From the NCBI GenBank assembly GCA_963662665.2, contig CAXXJS010000005.1, positions 37,832 through 101,831 of the forward strand: a stretch of 64,000 nucleotides of DNA, given 5' to 3'. Under the pieces are notes generated by a model that did no database searches, had not been told where the DNA came from, and saw nothing but the letters and a program-made list of their open reading frames with translations. Both the position numbers and the translations under genes were made by a program. Origin of the DNA: Candidatus Latescibacterota bacterium. Lineage in GTDB: Bacteria; Latescibacterota; UBA2968; GCA-2709665. Positions 1-8,149 of the stretch are shown here, piece after piece (the stretch's first letter is position 1; every line of letters begins with the position of its first letter).

Positions 1-485
1 ATCCTGGCGTCTTTATACATCTGCAGGACGTTCTGGTAGTTCTCCCAGGCGGCAATGTTCCTTTCCCGGCCCGTTTCGAATATCGCCCTGGCGGCGCTGG
101 CGGCGGCATTCTTGGCGGCCCTTTCGGCTTTGTAGGCCGCATCGTATTTCATCCTGGCATCTTCGTTAATATGCAGCGCGAACTGGTAGTTCTCGCCGGC
201 CGCCGCAACAGATCTCTCCCGATCCGCATAGTAAATCGCCCGGGCGTGTTTGTAAATCACCCAGGCGTCTCCGTATACCTCCCTGGCGTCACTCCGGCCC
301 CGACGCCGCCGGGAGAAAGCAGATCTGTCTCTGCCGGCAAGGTTTTCGTACATGGCGACGCTCCAAGCAATTTCCCAGGCGTCGTGTTTCGCTCGTGCCG
401 TTTCTGGCGCATCGCTTTCAATTGCGGCCGCGTCGATTGTAAGCGTGGTGATGGCTAAGACGACGCATTGGACTGTGCGTATCAT
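1..485 (-). CDS. Partial secreted alanine-rich helical-repeat hypothetical protein (runs off left edge; absent from ORF track)
   Basis: Manual translation from ATG at 485 (GGAG RBS upstream): MIRTVQCVVLAITTLTIDAAAIES..., open to position 1. Signal-peptide-like start. Internal repeat ARAIYYADRERSVAAAGENYQ / ARAIFETGRERNIAAWENYQ. Confidence 0.7.
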   Translation of the reverse strand, partial: MIRTVQCVVLAITTLTIDAAAIESDAPETARAKHDAWEIAWSVAMYENLAGRDRSAFSRRRRGRSDAREVYGDAWVIYKHARAIYYADRERSVAAAGENYQFALHINEDARMKYDAAYKAERAAKNAAASAARAIFETGRERNIAAWENYQNVLQMYKDAR

Positions 486-569
486 GGTCTTTTCTCCCGG
501 CTGTGGATTTGTGGTGTGTCTTCGGGACAACGGTCGCGTCGTTTGCGATCCTGGGAGTCAAACCGGCGC

Positions 570-737
570 GACAAAGGCAGGATGCCCTCGGTCCGGGGGA
601 ATGGCAGCGGTCAGTGGTCGGTGGCAAGTGATCGGCAAGAACAGCAAAAGTCAAAAAACCAATCGGTTGACGTCTGCGCCTGGACATGGACGGCCATCGT
701 CTGCGCGGCGAGGGCAGAATGCCCTCGGTCCCGGGAA
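570..737. repeat. Dispersed intergenic repeat family, copy A
   Basis: AAAACCAATCGGTTGACGTC at 655-674 and GAGGGCA-gaa-TGCCCTC-GGTCCC hairpin at ~710-732; homologous blocks at ~1.7, ~4.0 and ~6.9 kb. Confidence 0.8.
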
Positions 738-786
738 TTCGGACCAGCCGTCGGCAATCACGGGTCAATCAAGGGCGAATGGCCGA

Positions 787-1350
787 TCAATCTGTCCCCA
801 TCCGTACCATCGCGGTCTTCAGCGCCTCGCCCAGCATTTTCACCTTGTAGTCCCAACTCATACGGCCACTTGGGCTGACACATTCGATGGCCTCGACGCC
901 GAAGCGGCGACAGGCACGTTGCGCGACCGATCCGAGTCCGATGACCGTCCTGCCATTGCACTCGTGTCGGGTGATTCTGTCGAAGGATTCGTCGACGTGT
1001 CGGGTCGGGAACGGCGGCCACTGCTTGTACGGCAATAGATGAAACGCTTGCGAAACATAGATGTCCTCGCGGGTCAGGTTCGCCCGCTCCAGGGCCAGTG
1101 TCAGTACTTTATTGAAGGGCATACTCGGCAGCCAACCCTGCTCCTTCAACACGTCGCGATGTTCGTGGACCGATGGGGCGTCGAGCCAGTAGTGTGCGAC
1201 CAGTATCGGACCCGTCTCGCAGTTCGACACGATCTGGTAGGGCGTTACCCACTCGCCGTCAAACCCGACGTCTGCGAGCGTTTTGTACTTTTGCTCGTTT
1301 CCGGATATTATGAACTCACGGCGGCGAGCGATAATCTCGGCTCTCGTCAC
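787..1350 (-). CDS. Uracil-DNA glycosylase superfamily-like protein
   Basis: Likely GTG start at 1350 after GGAGG (ORF track extends to 1437). LERANLTREDIYVSQA, TVIGLGSVAQRA and CVSPS resemble UDG-superfamily segments (the HPS motif reads SPS). Confidence 0.55.
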   Translation of the reverse strand: MTRAEIIARRREFIISGNEQKYKTLADVGFDGEWVTPYQIVSNCETGPILVAHYWLDAPSVHEHRDVLKEQGWLPSMPFNKVLTLALERANLTREDIYVSQAFHLLPYKQWPPFPTRHVDESFDRITRHECNGRTVIGLGSVAQRACRRFGVEAIECVSPSGRMSWDYKVKMLGEALKTAMVRMGTD

Positions 1351-1694
1351 GCTATCCTCCACTCCAACACTCTTGCTGTGGCCAATGCCGGCATATCTAA
1401 CCTGACTGATTCGTGAACCCGCTTTAGGTCCTGCCATTCAGTTGCGATGTGCATGTATATGCATGATAGGGAATTTTTGTTGAATTATCTCTGAATTAAT
1501 AGGCTATTTTGTTGATTTTTTGGTGAAAAATGGTGAATTTTGCGCCAGTGAGGCCGAGGTTGGCGACGGAAGCTGAAATCCTCAGCCCTCTATCGAAATG
1601 CGGTTCAGACAATCAGCGGGAAGAAGAACGGCGGTAAGGGAGGAGAGGAGGAAACTTCTGCTGGCTTCGCGGCTGCCACGCGGTGGAAACGGCG

Positions 1695-1790
1695 CGGCGA
1701 GGGCAAGTATGCCCTCGGTCAGGGGAGACGGAAGCAGCTTACAGCCGGCAGAGGTCAACCAAAGACGAAAAGCAGATCAATCTACATCAG
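1695..1790. repeat. Dispersed repeat family, partial copy B
   Basis: GAGGGCA-agta-TGCCCTC-GGTCAGGGG hairpin block shared with copies A, C and D. Confidence 0.6.
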
Positions 1791-1823
1791 CATTTCATTT
1801 GCACGGATCAACAAAGGCGCGAT

Positions 1824-1915
1824 GCGGGCGGGACGCCCGCGCTCCCAGGGGGAGCCAGTACCCCAAACCTCACGCTGGTGTCTCCAATGTGCGGCGACCG
1901 GCCGGTTGCCCCTGC
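1824..1915. repeat. REP-like palindromes
   Basis: GCGGGCGGGACGCCCGCGCTCCCAG and GGCGACCGGCCGGTTGCCCCTGC; the second recurs at ~5410-5433 and ~7108-7131. Confidence 0.6.
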
Positions 1916-2066
1916 GATCTCCGTGCATGAATCGGCCTACAGTCGCCAGTAGCCGGCATCTATCAGTCGGCCTGCCGGAGTGGAATTCGGTTGCCGATCT
2001 GTCTGTTATAATTTAAAATGAATCTCCGATGGGATTCACCATATTCTACCTCACTGAATCCAAGGA

Positions 2067-2384
2067 GTGTTCCCGATCAAGCCTTCCGTGCCGTTTGACA
2101 AACACCATTTCGATTTCCTCAGTAATGCGGAACCCGCTCGCGCCTACCTCAAGTGTCCTGTCCCAAAAATACCTCACCATTCTTCCGCCGATTCTTCCCG
2201 TCTCGCTACGTTGGGCCGACCTGCCCAGGTCGGAGGCGCCTGCGAGCCGGGCGACTCGACGGCCGAATTCAGGCAACTTATTTCTGGGACAGAACACTAG
2301 GTGGCGCTTGAGGAATACGACAGGGATCACGACAGGGCGGTCCTTCTGCTTGCGCTCGAAGACGTCGCATTGGCACGTAATTGA
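2067..2384 (+). pseudogene. Addiction-module antidote (HI1420-like) antitoxin remnant interrupted by a MITE
   Basis: Removing 2154-2300 restores ...PFDKHHFDFLSNAEPARAYLK|VALEEYDRDHDRAVLLLALEDVALARN*, matching the AYL..ALEE...LLAL.DVA pattern. C-terminal HTH is missing. Confidence 0.7.
2150..2300. mobile_element. MITE (~143 bp) with terminal inverted repeats
   Basis: TGTCCTGTCCCAAAAATA (from 2154) is inverted with TATTTCTGGGACAGAACA (to 2296); flanked by CAAG / CTAG, a probable 4-bp target duplication. Confidence 0.8.
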
Positions 2385-2396
2385 AAGGAGTTACCC

Positions 2397-2597
2397 ATGC
2401 TCAGCACTACTTTAGGGATAGTCAAGGACGGCAGAATCGAAACTCTGGAAAGCGTCCGTTTGCCCGAAGGAAAAAGGGTATTGGTAACGATCTTGCCCGA
2501 TGACGATACGTTCTGGCAGGAAGCCAGCCAGGAAAGCCTGAAGCAGATTTGGAACAATGATGAGGACGATATTTATGTCAGATTACTTGACGAATGA
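2397..2597 (+). CDS. Putative type II antitoxin (AF2212/DUF104-like N-terminus, acidic tail)
   Basis: AAAGGAG RBS; GIVKDGRIE..VRLPEGKRVLVTIL and ASQESLKQIWNNDEDDIY; overlaps the downstream PemK-like gene. Confidence 0.75.
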   Translation: MLSTTLGIVKDGRIETLESVRLPEGKRVLVTILPDDDTFWQEASQESLKQIWNNDEDDIYVRLLDE

Positions 2598-2883
2598 TAT
2601 CGTACTCGTCCGATATCCGTTTTCTGACTCGCAGATTTCCAAAGTGCGTCCGGCCATTATTGTGAGTGCGCCGCACATGTCTCACGATGTATTCATTGTC
2701 CCGCTGACCAGCAGAACAGCGACTCTCCTTCCTGGCGAGTTTGTGCTCGAGAATTGGAAGGTATCGGGACTCAATGTCACATCTGCCGTCAAGCGAGGCA
2801 AATATACGATTCATCAACGGTTGGTTCTGAAGAAAGTTGGATGCCTCACACAAAGCGATCAAATGACGTTGATTGGATCTTAG
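2575..2883 (+). CDS. PemK/MazF family toxin (possibly truncated by a nonsense codon)
   Basis: DIVLVRYPFSD..SKVRPAIIVS...VPLTS motifs; ATG at 2575. Confidence 0.85.
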   Translation: MSDYLTNDIVLVRYPFSDSQISKVRPAIIVSAPHMSHDVFIVPLTSRTATLLPGEFVLENWKVSGLNVTSAVKRGKYTIHQRLVLKKVGCLTQSDQMTLIGS

Positions 2884-2899
2884 AGAGATTGGCTGAACC

Positions 2900-3871
2900 C
2901 TACGTAGATTCCTTTTCATAGACTCTCCCCGCCTCAATCATATCCTCCGCGATCTCCTGTCTCAGTGCCTCCGGCGCGAGGACCTGGCAATCCGGACCCC
3001 AGCTTCGGATCCAGGGCTTCATCTCGAGCGTATGTTTCACCCTGAGCCGCATCCTGCAGCCTCCCCCCGGCTCGTCCGTCACCTCCACCACGCCCGGCCA
3101 GTCCGATTCGCGCACGCGGTAGGAGACCTTTTCTGAAAACCGAAGCGCCACGTCCACAACCTCGTCACCGCCCATGATACCCCACGAATGCTGCAGAAAA
3201 TCGTAAGGATCGAATCCGTCCCGTACAACAATCCCACTCTCCATCAGCGCCGCCCGCTCGATACGTTCCACTTTGAACTCTCTAATGTCCTGCCGCAAAT
3301 GATCGTATCCGATGACGTAACAGGCGTACCCCACGGGTGACGGCTCGATGAAGTAGGGGTCGACGTTGCGTTCGGTCGTTTCCCCGGTCTGTGGATTGTG
3401 ATAGGTCAGACGCACCTGCCTGCGTTCGGACCAGGCGCGCGTGAGGGTTTCCAGAACGCGAATATGTTCGCGGTCGGGCCTGCGTTTGTCTGCTACCGCC
3501 GCGGTTCGATTAATGTGTTCGCCAATGGATTCCGGCATTGCGATTGCGAGCTTCTCCAGGGCCGACACCACGTGCGGATTGTGTTCGTCGCTGTGCGCGG
3601 AGAGCAGACGCGCGGCCAGATAGAGCGCCAGGGCTTCGTGCAGATTCACGCGGACGGTGGTCAGATACCGGTCTTTCAGGACACCGAACCGGCCGTTATC
3701 CTCCCAAATCGGCGACCCCGCCTCTCCAAGCGACTGAATGTCCCGGTACACCGTGCTTCGATGCACGCCGAATCGCGCGGCGATATCGGTCGCTCTCTTT
3801 CCGCCCGGGGATCGATAGAGAAACGTCTCAATCGCATTGAGCCGCGCCGCGCGGCTCATCGTTCGCTCCAT
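2900..3871 (-). CDS. WYL-domain transcriptional regulator (wHTH-WYL-WCX)
   Basis: HTH DIAARFGVHRSTVYRDI; WYL RNVDPY...YVIGYD..RQDIREFKVERI; WCX WIRSWGPDCQVLAPEALR. Confidence 0.92.
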   Translation of the reverse strand: MERTMSRAARLNAIETFLYRSPGGKRATDIAARFGVHRSTVYRDIQSLGEAGSPIWEDNGRFGVLKDRYLTTVRVNLHEALALYLAARLLSAHSDEHNPHVVSALEKLAIAMPESIGEHINRTAAVADKRRPDREHIRVLETLTRAWSERRQVRLTYHNPQTGETTERNVDPYFIEPSPVGYACYVIGYDHLRQDIREFKVERIERAALMESGIVVRDGFDPYDFLQHSWGIMGGDEVVDVALRFSEKVSYRVRESDWPGVVEVTDEPGGGCRMRLRVKHTLEMKPWIRSWGPDCQVLAPEALRQEIAEDMIEAGRVYEKEST

Positions 3872-3901
3872 TTGGAATCCTCCGCGTAAACGTAAACAGG
3901 G

Positions 3902-3924
3902 ATTGTCGCATCTATTGCGACAAT
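3902..3924. promoter_or_regulatory. Perfect inverted repeat, probable WYL-regulator operator
   Basis: ATTGTCGCA-tctat-TGCGACAAT, ~30 bp upstream of the WYL gene start. Confidence 0.65.
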
Positions 3925-3954
3925 TTATAGAAAAAGCTTACAGTTACCAGCCGT

Positions 3955-4205
3955 AATCTGTCAGCAATCAGTGGTCAGTTGCAAGTGATCAGCACAAACA
4001 TCGAAAATAAAAAACCAATCGGTTGACGTCTGTGCCGGGACGTAAGAAGATACAGTCGGCGCGGGGAAAGGCAGTGGTCAGCAATCAGTTTACAGCCGTC
4101 AGCCAGAAGCGAAAAACCGAAAACCAATCGGGTGACGTCAGCGCCGTGACGTGGACGGTCATAGTCGGCGTATCGAGGGCAGGGATGCCCTCGGTCCGGG
4201 GGACA
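3955..4205. repeat. Dispersed repeat family, copy C (two tandem sub-units)
   Basis: Core motif at 4011-4030 and 4120-4139, then GAGGGCA-ggga-TGCCCTC-GGTCCGGGGG. Confidence 0.8.
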
Positions 4206-4221
4206 AAGGCAGCCGTTGCCG

Positions 4222-4304
4222 GCCCTTCGACCCTTCGACAGGCTCAGGGCAACGCATGCTCAGGGATCGGCTCGGATTCTGCGACTCCCCCTAAAGGGGG
4301 GAGT
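4222..4304. repeat. REP-like elements (CCCTTCGACAGGCTCAGGG type and a CTCCCCCTAAAGGGGGGAG hairpin)
   Basis: The CCCTTCGACA(G/A)GCTCAGGG motif recurs as an inverted pair at ~35010-35075. Confidence 0.6.
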
Positions 4305-4456
4305 GTTTGAACCTTCAAACGGGCTCGTCCGTTAATTGCCACCTGTTTGGTTGAAGCTGAGCAATGCGAAACCGCGGCAGGGTAGTGGCAGAACAAAGCC
4401 TGCCAATGGGTAATACTGGCAGGCGAGTTGTAGACGATAATGTCGGGCGGTTGTTT

Positions 4457-4705
4457 TTACTCTTTGGCGCCTATTTTTGCTTCGTTCGCGGCAATCCGCT
4501 CGCCGAAGGAATCCAATCGTGTGTCAATTGCATCAAACTTGGTTTCCATTTTATTTTCCAAATTGCCTATTCTTTGAGTCAGTCGATCTTCCAATCTGTC
4601 TATTCCTTGATTGATTCCGGATGAGAAACTCCACAGAGAGCCCCATAAGGCCAGTAGAAAAATGGCGAATCGAAGATTGTCTTCATTGAGTATCTTACCG
4701 TTCAC
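4457..4705 (-). CDS. Small membrane-anchored coiled-coil hypothetical protein
   Basis: One hydrophobic segment (FAIFLLALWGSLWSF) followed by heptad-rich IDRLEDRL...IDTRLD. Confidence 0.6.
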   Translation of the reverse strand: MNGKILNEDNLRFAIFLLALWGSLWSFSSGINQGIDRLEDRLTQRIGNLENKMETKFDAIDTRLDSFGERIAANEAKIGAKE

Positions 4706-4940
4706 GTTACACCCCAGAGGATGGATTTGCCGCGTGCCCCTTAACAGTAGAAATCTATCATATCCGAGTGTCCTGTCAAGCCGTAATGTTACAAGGAAGA
4801 TTGCTGCGAGTTCTACGGATAAAGGTCGGGAAAAGCTGGTTGTGAAGGTTGCGGTCGGTCGGTATCAACCGCCGAAGGTGGAGATAAAAGAGGACATTGT
4901 CATGGCTGCAAGTCCGGAGGAGTTGCATTAGACCGAGCCG

Positions 4941-5321
4941 TCACCTCATTTCTCCACACGCCTTCAACAGAACCGCAGGCAGCCGTTTCAGCTGTTCGTT
5001 ACGGGGGTCGACTTCAAATCCGCCTGACTCCAGCGCCGTAACGCCGAGCAGGGGTTCGGCGCCCGCATCCCCATAGACAATGGTCCCGCCGACCACTTCT
5101 CCTTCGAACTCCAGTTCGGCAATCGTGATGTCCATGGCGACGGATTTTCCGTCTGCAAGTACGTACTCGCGGCTGCCTCTCGGTGTGAGACCGATCGCAT
5201 CGAGATGCACCCGTGGCACGAGCGAATCGAACGCGCCTGTATCGACGAGATATTTTCCAGTCCAGGTGCGTTCCGGATCCGCGGGGTTACGGATGGTTAC
5301 GTCGACGCAGGTCGCGCCCAT
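4941..5321 (-). CDS. Clan AA (retropepsin-like) aspartic protease, AF_0612-like
   Basis: LVDTGA active-site motif, LADG, EPLLGVTALE. Confidence 0.88.
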   Translation of the reverse strand: MGATCVDVTIRNPADPERTWTGKYLVDTGAFDSLVPRVHLDAIGLTPRGSREYVLADGKSVAMDITIAELEFEGEVVGGTIVYGDAGAEPLLGVTALESGGFEVDPRNEQLKRLPAVLLKACGEMR

Positions 5322-5494
5322 TGGCCGTTCTCCAGGTGAACGGGTTTCACCATTGAATTCATTAAATCATAGCGAATTTCTGCGACCAAAGCAAGACGCG
5401 GCCGGCGCCTGACCAACGGCCGGTCGCCCCTGCGAATATCGCGCATCGGGGTGATTTCGCAGGAGCATCCGAGTGGTTGGCCGTTTCGCGCCCG

Positions 5495-5812
5495 TCAGTC
5501 GGTTGTAACGGCCGTGCCGCTGACCGAGACCATGAGCATGCTGCCCTGTCCGACGACCTCGTAATCCAGATCGATACCAACGACGGCGTTGCCGCCCTGC
5601 TGGCGTGCCGCTTCTTCCATTTCACCAAGCGCGATCTCGCGGGCGTGTTTCAGTTCTTTCTCATACGCCGCGGAACGCCCGCCCACGATGTCGCGAATGC
5701 CGGCGAAGAAGTCCTTGAAGATATTCGCGCCGAGAATGGCCTCGCCGGTGACGATGCCCCTGTAATCACGGATGGTCTTGCCTTCGATACCTGGGGTGGT
5801 AGTCAGAATCAC
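5495..5812 (-). CDS. ybjQ: YbjQ (UPF0145) family protein
   Basis: GTG start at 5812 after GAGGAG; [10 protein letters not shown]...[20 protein letters not shown]...GTAV. Confidence 0.92.
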   Translation of the reverse strand: MILTTTPGIEGKTIRDYRGIVTGEAILGANIFKDFFAGIRDIVGGRSAAYEKELKHAREIALGEMEEAARQQGGNAVVGIDLDYEVVGQGSMLMVSVSGTAVTTD

Positions 5813-5881
5813 GTTCGTGTCTCCTCGATTAAGGTTGACGGTTGGCGGCCGGTATACGGTGTCGGGCTCCTCCATTAAGGC

Positions 5882-6745
5882 CTATTTGTAGCTGTTGTAG
5901 ACGATCGCGAGCCAGCGGTCGGTGCTCATCCACCCCTGCCCCCACGACTGCCATTTCTCCGGCACCCCGGCAGCCTGGATTTCTTCCAGCGCCTTTCCTG
6001 CCGCGATGGACTCCCTGACCAGGTTCGCGCACGTTTCCAGCATCTCCAGCGCCGTCCTCATGTCGTCCGGTACGGCGAGCGGCCCGTGACCGGGGATTAT
6101 ACGCGCATCCGGAGAGATTTGTTTCAGGAGGGACCGGACGGCCTCGATATAGCCCTGGACGTTTCCGCCGCCGCGGAGGTCGACATACGGGAATCTGCCG
6201 TTGAAGAAGAGATCTCCGGTGTGGACGACGTTGGATCCGGTAAAGAACACCACACCGTCGCCGTCGGTGTGGGCATTTGGAAAGTGGACCACGCGCAATT
6301 CCTCGCCGTTGAAATGAATCGACAGGCCTTCATCGAATGTGATTTCCGGCAGGGCGGTTTCGGGTAACGGCCTGTCGTCAACGCGCCTGGCAGCAAGGCG
6401 GTCCCGGACGTTTCTGTGCGCGACGATGACGCCTCTCTCTCCAAAATGCGCGTTCCCGCCGGTATGGTCGCCATGATAATGCGTATTCAGGACGAAGGTT
6501 GGATCTCCGCCCCCCATCTCGCCGATGGCGGCGCGGATCTTTTCGGCCAGCGGCGCGAACTGATCGTCCACAATCAGGACGCCGTCCGCGCCAACGGACA
6601 CGCCGATGTTGCCGCCGCTTCCTTCAAGCATATAGATACGGTCCGTGAGTCTGGTGGATTTAATCTTGACCGCGGAAAAATCCCTCTGCGCGAATGCAGT
6701 GCCGGTGAAAGCCAATAACGCGGCAATCGTTATCCATCCGGACAT
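5882..6745 (-). CDS. Secreted MBL-fold metallo-hydrolase (cyclase-like)
   Basis: Signal peptide; THYHGDHTGGN, AHTDGD, HTGD, IPGHG. Confidence 0.9.
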   Translation of the reverse strand: MSGWITIAALLAFTGTAFAQRDFSAVKIKSTRLTDRIYMLEGSGGNIGVSVGADGVLIVDDQFAPLAEKIRAAIGEMGGGDPTFVLNTHYHGDHTGGNAHFGERGVIVAHRNVRDRLAARRVDDRPLPETALPEITFDEGLSIHFNGEELRVVHFPNAHTDGDGVVFFTGSNVVHTGDLFFNGRFPYVDLRGGGNVQGYIEAVRSLLKQISPDARIIPGHGPLAVPDDMRTALEMLETCANLVRESIAAGKALEEIQAAGVPEKWQSWGQGWMSTDRWLAIVYNSYK

Positions 6746-6771
6746 AGCGAAGATCCTCCATAGTCGGTGAA

Positions 6772-6808
6772 AAGGAAGAAGGAAGAAGGAAGAAGGAAGA
6801 AGGAAGAA
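6772..6808. repeat. Heptamer tandem repeat (AAGGAAG)x5
   Basis: Read directly from the sequence. Confidence 0.9.
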
Positions 6809-6824
6809 ACAGAGCGAACGGCAA

Positions 6825-6960
6825 GCATTGGTCAGTGGTTAGTGACCAGTGATCAGCAGAAACAGCGAAAACAAAAAAACCAATCGGTTGACGTCAATGC
6901 CGCGACGCAGAAGGCCATAGTCGGGGTGCTGAGGGCAGGATGCACTCGGTCCGGGGGGAA
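6825..6960. repeat. Dispersed repeat family, copy D
   Basis: Core motif at 6876-6895 and GAGGGCA-gga-TGCACTC-GGTCCGGGGG. Confidence 0.8.
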
Positions 6961-7012
6961 AAAACGAAATTGGAGAAATCGATCGATTGACGGCGACCCT
7001 GCGCACGATTTC

Positions 7013-7132
7013 GTTGGGGCAACCCTTGTGATTGCCCGCGCCGCGCGGCTTATGGCGGCCTTCTTCCCTCTCCCGTCTTCCCGAATTCAAAAAAGGCCCT
7101 GGAACCTGGGCGACCGGCCGGTCGCCCCTACC
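7013..7132. repeat. Inverted pair of GTAGGGGC-type REP palindromes
   Basis: GTTGGGGCAACCCTTGTGATTGCCC and GGGCGACCGGCCGGTCGCCCCTAC. Confidence 0.65.
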
Positions 7133-7206
7133 CTGGACCTTTGAATCCAACCTTGCAGGCGACTCAAGACAGAATCCGGATCGCCCGTTTTTTCCCGCGA
7201 CTTCCT

Positions 7207-7935
7207 CTACGCCGTCTGTCCGTCGATGGTGCCCACTTCGATCTTGAGCTCATCCCGGTTCACGACGCGGTCGACGCGCCCGTCGCGCACCCACACAACC
7301 CTGTCGGAAACGCTCAGCATCTTGTGGTCGTGCGTGGCCGAAACCACGGTTACGCCCGAATCCTTGTTCATCTGACGAAGGAGTTCGATAATCTCCGTAC
7401 CGGTGCGCAGATCCAGGTTTCCAGTGGGTTCGTCGGCCAGAATCAGCGCCGGATCGTTGGCGAACGCACGGGCGACCGCCACGCGCTGCTGCTGTCCGCC
7501 CGAGAGCTCGAACGGCTTGTGCGACACCCGGTCGCCCAACCCGACCTTTTCCAATAGACCCACGCCCTTGTCGCGTGCCTCGTCGCTGGTCAACCCCGCA
7601 AATACCATTGGCAGCGTCACGTTCTCCAATGCCGTCATCACCGGAATCAGATTGAACGTCTGGAAAATATACCCTATTTTTCGGCAACGCAACCAGGCCA
7701 ATTCATACGCGTCGAGTTGCGCTACGTCGACGTCATCGATGTATACCTTGCCGTCGCTGGGTTTATCGAGCCCGCCGACCATATTGAACAGGGTGGTTTT
7801 TCCGGAGCCTGAAGGTCCCATGATCGAGATGTACTCGCCCTGTTCAATTTCGATATCCACACCCTTGAGCGCAGATACCCGCACGTCGCCCATCTCGTAG
7901 ACCTTTTTCACATCCTGAGTTCTTACGACGGCCAT
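7207..7935 (-). CDS. ABC transporter ATP-binding protein (LolD/MacB-like)
   Basis: GPSGSGKT, LSGGQQQRVAVARA, ILADEPTGNLD, ATHD. Confidence 0.95.
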   Translation of the reverse strand: MAVVRTQDVKKVYEMGDVRVSALKGVDIEIEQGEYISIMGPSGSGKTTLFNMVGGLDKPSDGKVYIDDVDVAQLDAYELAWLRCRKIGYIFQTFNLIPVMTALENVTLPMVFAGLTSDEARDKGVGLLEKVGLGDRVSHKPFELSGGQQQRVAVARAFANDPALILADEPTGNLDLRTGTEIIELLRQMNKDSGVTVVSATHDHKMLSVSDRVVWVRDGRVDRVVNRDELKIEVGTIDGQTA

Positions 7936-7983
7936 CGGCGCCCTCCAGGCAAGTTGATGTGCTGCAAAGTGACGTTCACGTCC

Positions 7984-8149
7984 TTAGCAGCCCGTTGAAA
8001 AAGTCCATCCGGGCTGCGTCCGGCCCTTGTGGCCGAATTACTGCGTTGCGCTTCCTCCCAGAATCCCCGATTCGACGCGGTCGCGCGCCTTGTCTTCGGC
8101 CACAATGACTCGGCCTCGCCTGCAGAGCGACTTTTCAACGGACTGCTAG
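7984..8149. mobile_element. MITE (~158 bp) with IS5-like YTAR target duplication
   Basis: CAGCCCGTTGAAAAAGTC (from 7988) is inverted with GACTTTTCAACGGACTG (to 8145); flanks TTAG / CTAG. Confidence 0.75.

Noticed and set aside
570-6960. Recurring 20-bp motif beside a WYL gene as a CRISPR array
   Set aside because: Copies are kilobases apart with conserved flanks, there is no regular repeat-spacer period, and no cas genes are in the window.
570-6960. Repeat units as integron attC sites
   Set aside because: I could not find paired RYYYAAC...GTTRRRY ends and there is no integrase; kept only as a weak hypothesis.
6767-7150. ORFs 6767-7144 and 6839-7150
   Set aside because: Translations of heptamer and REP repeats, not protein-like.
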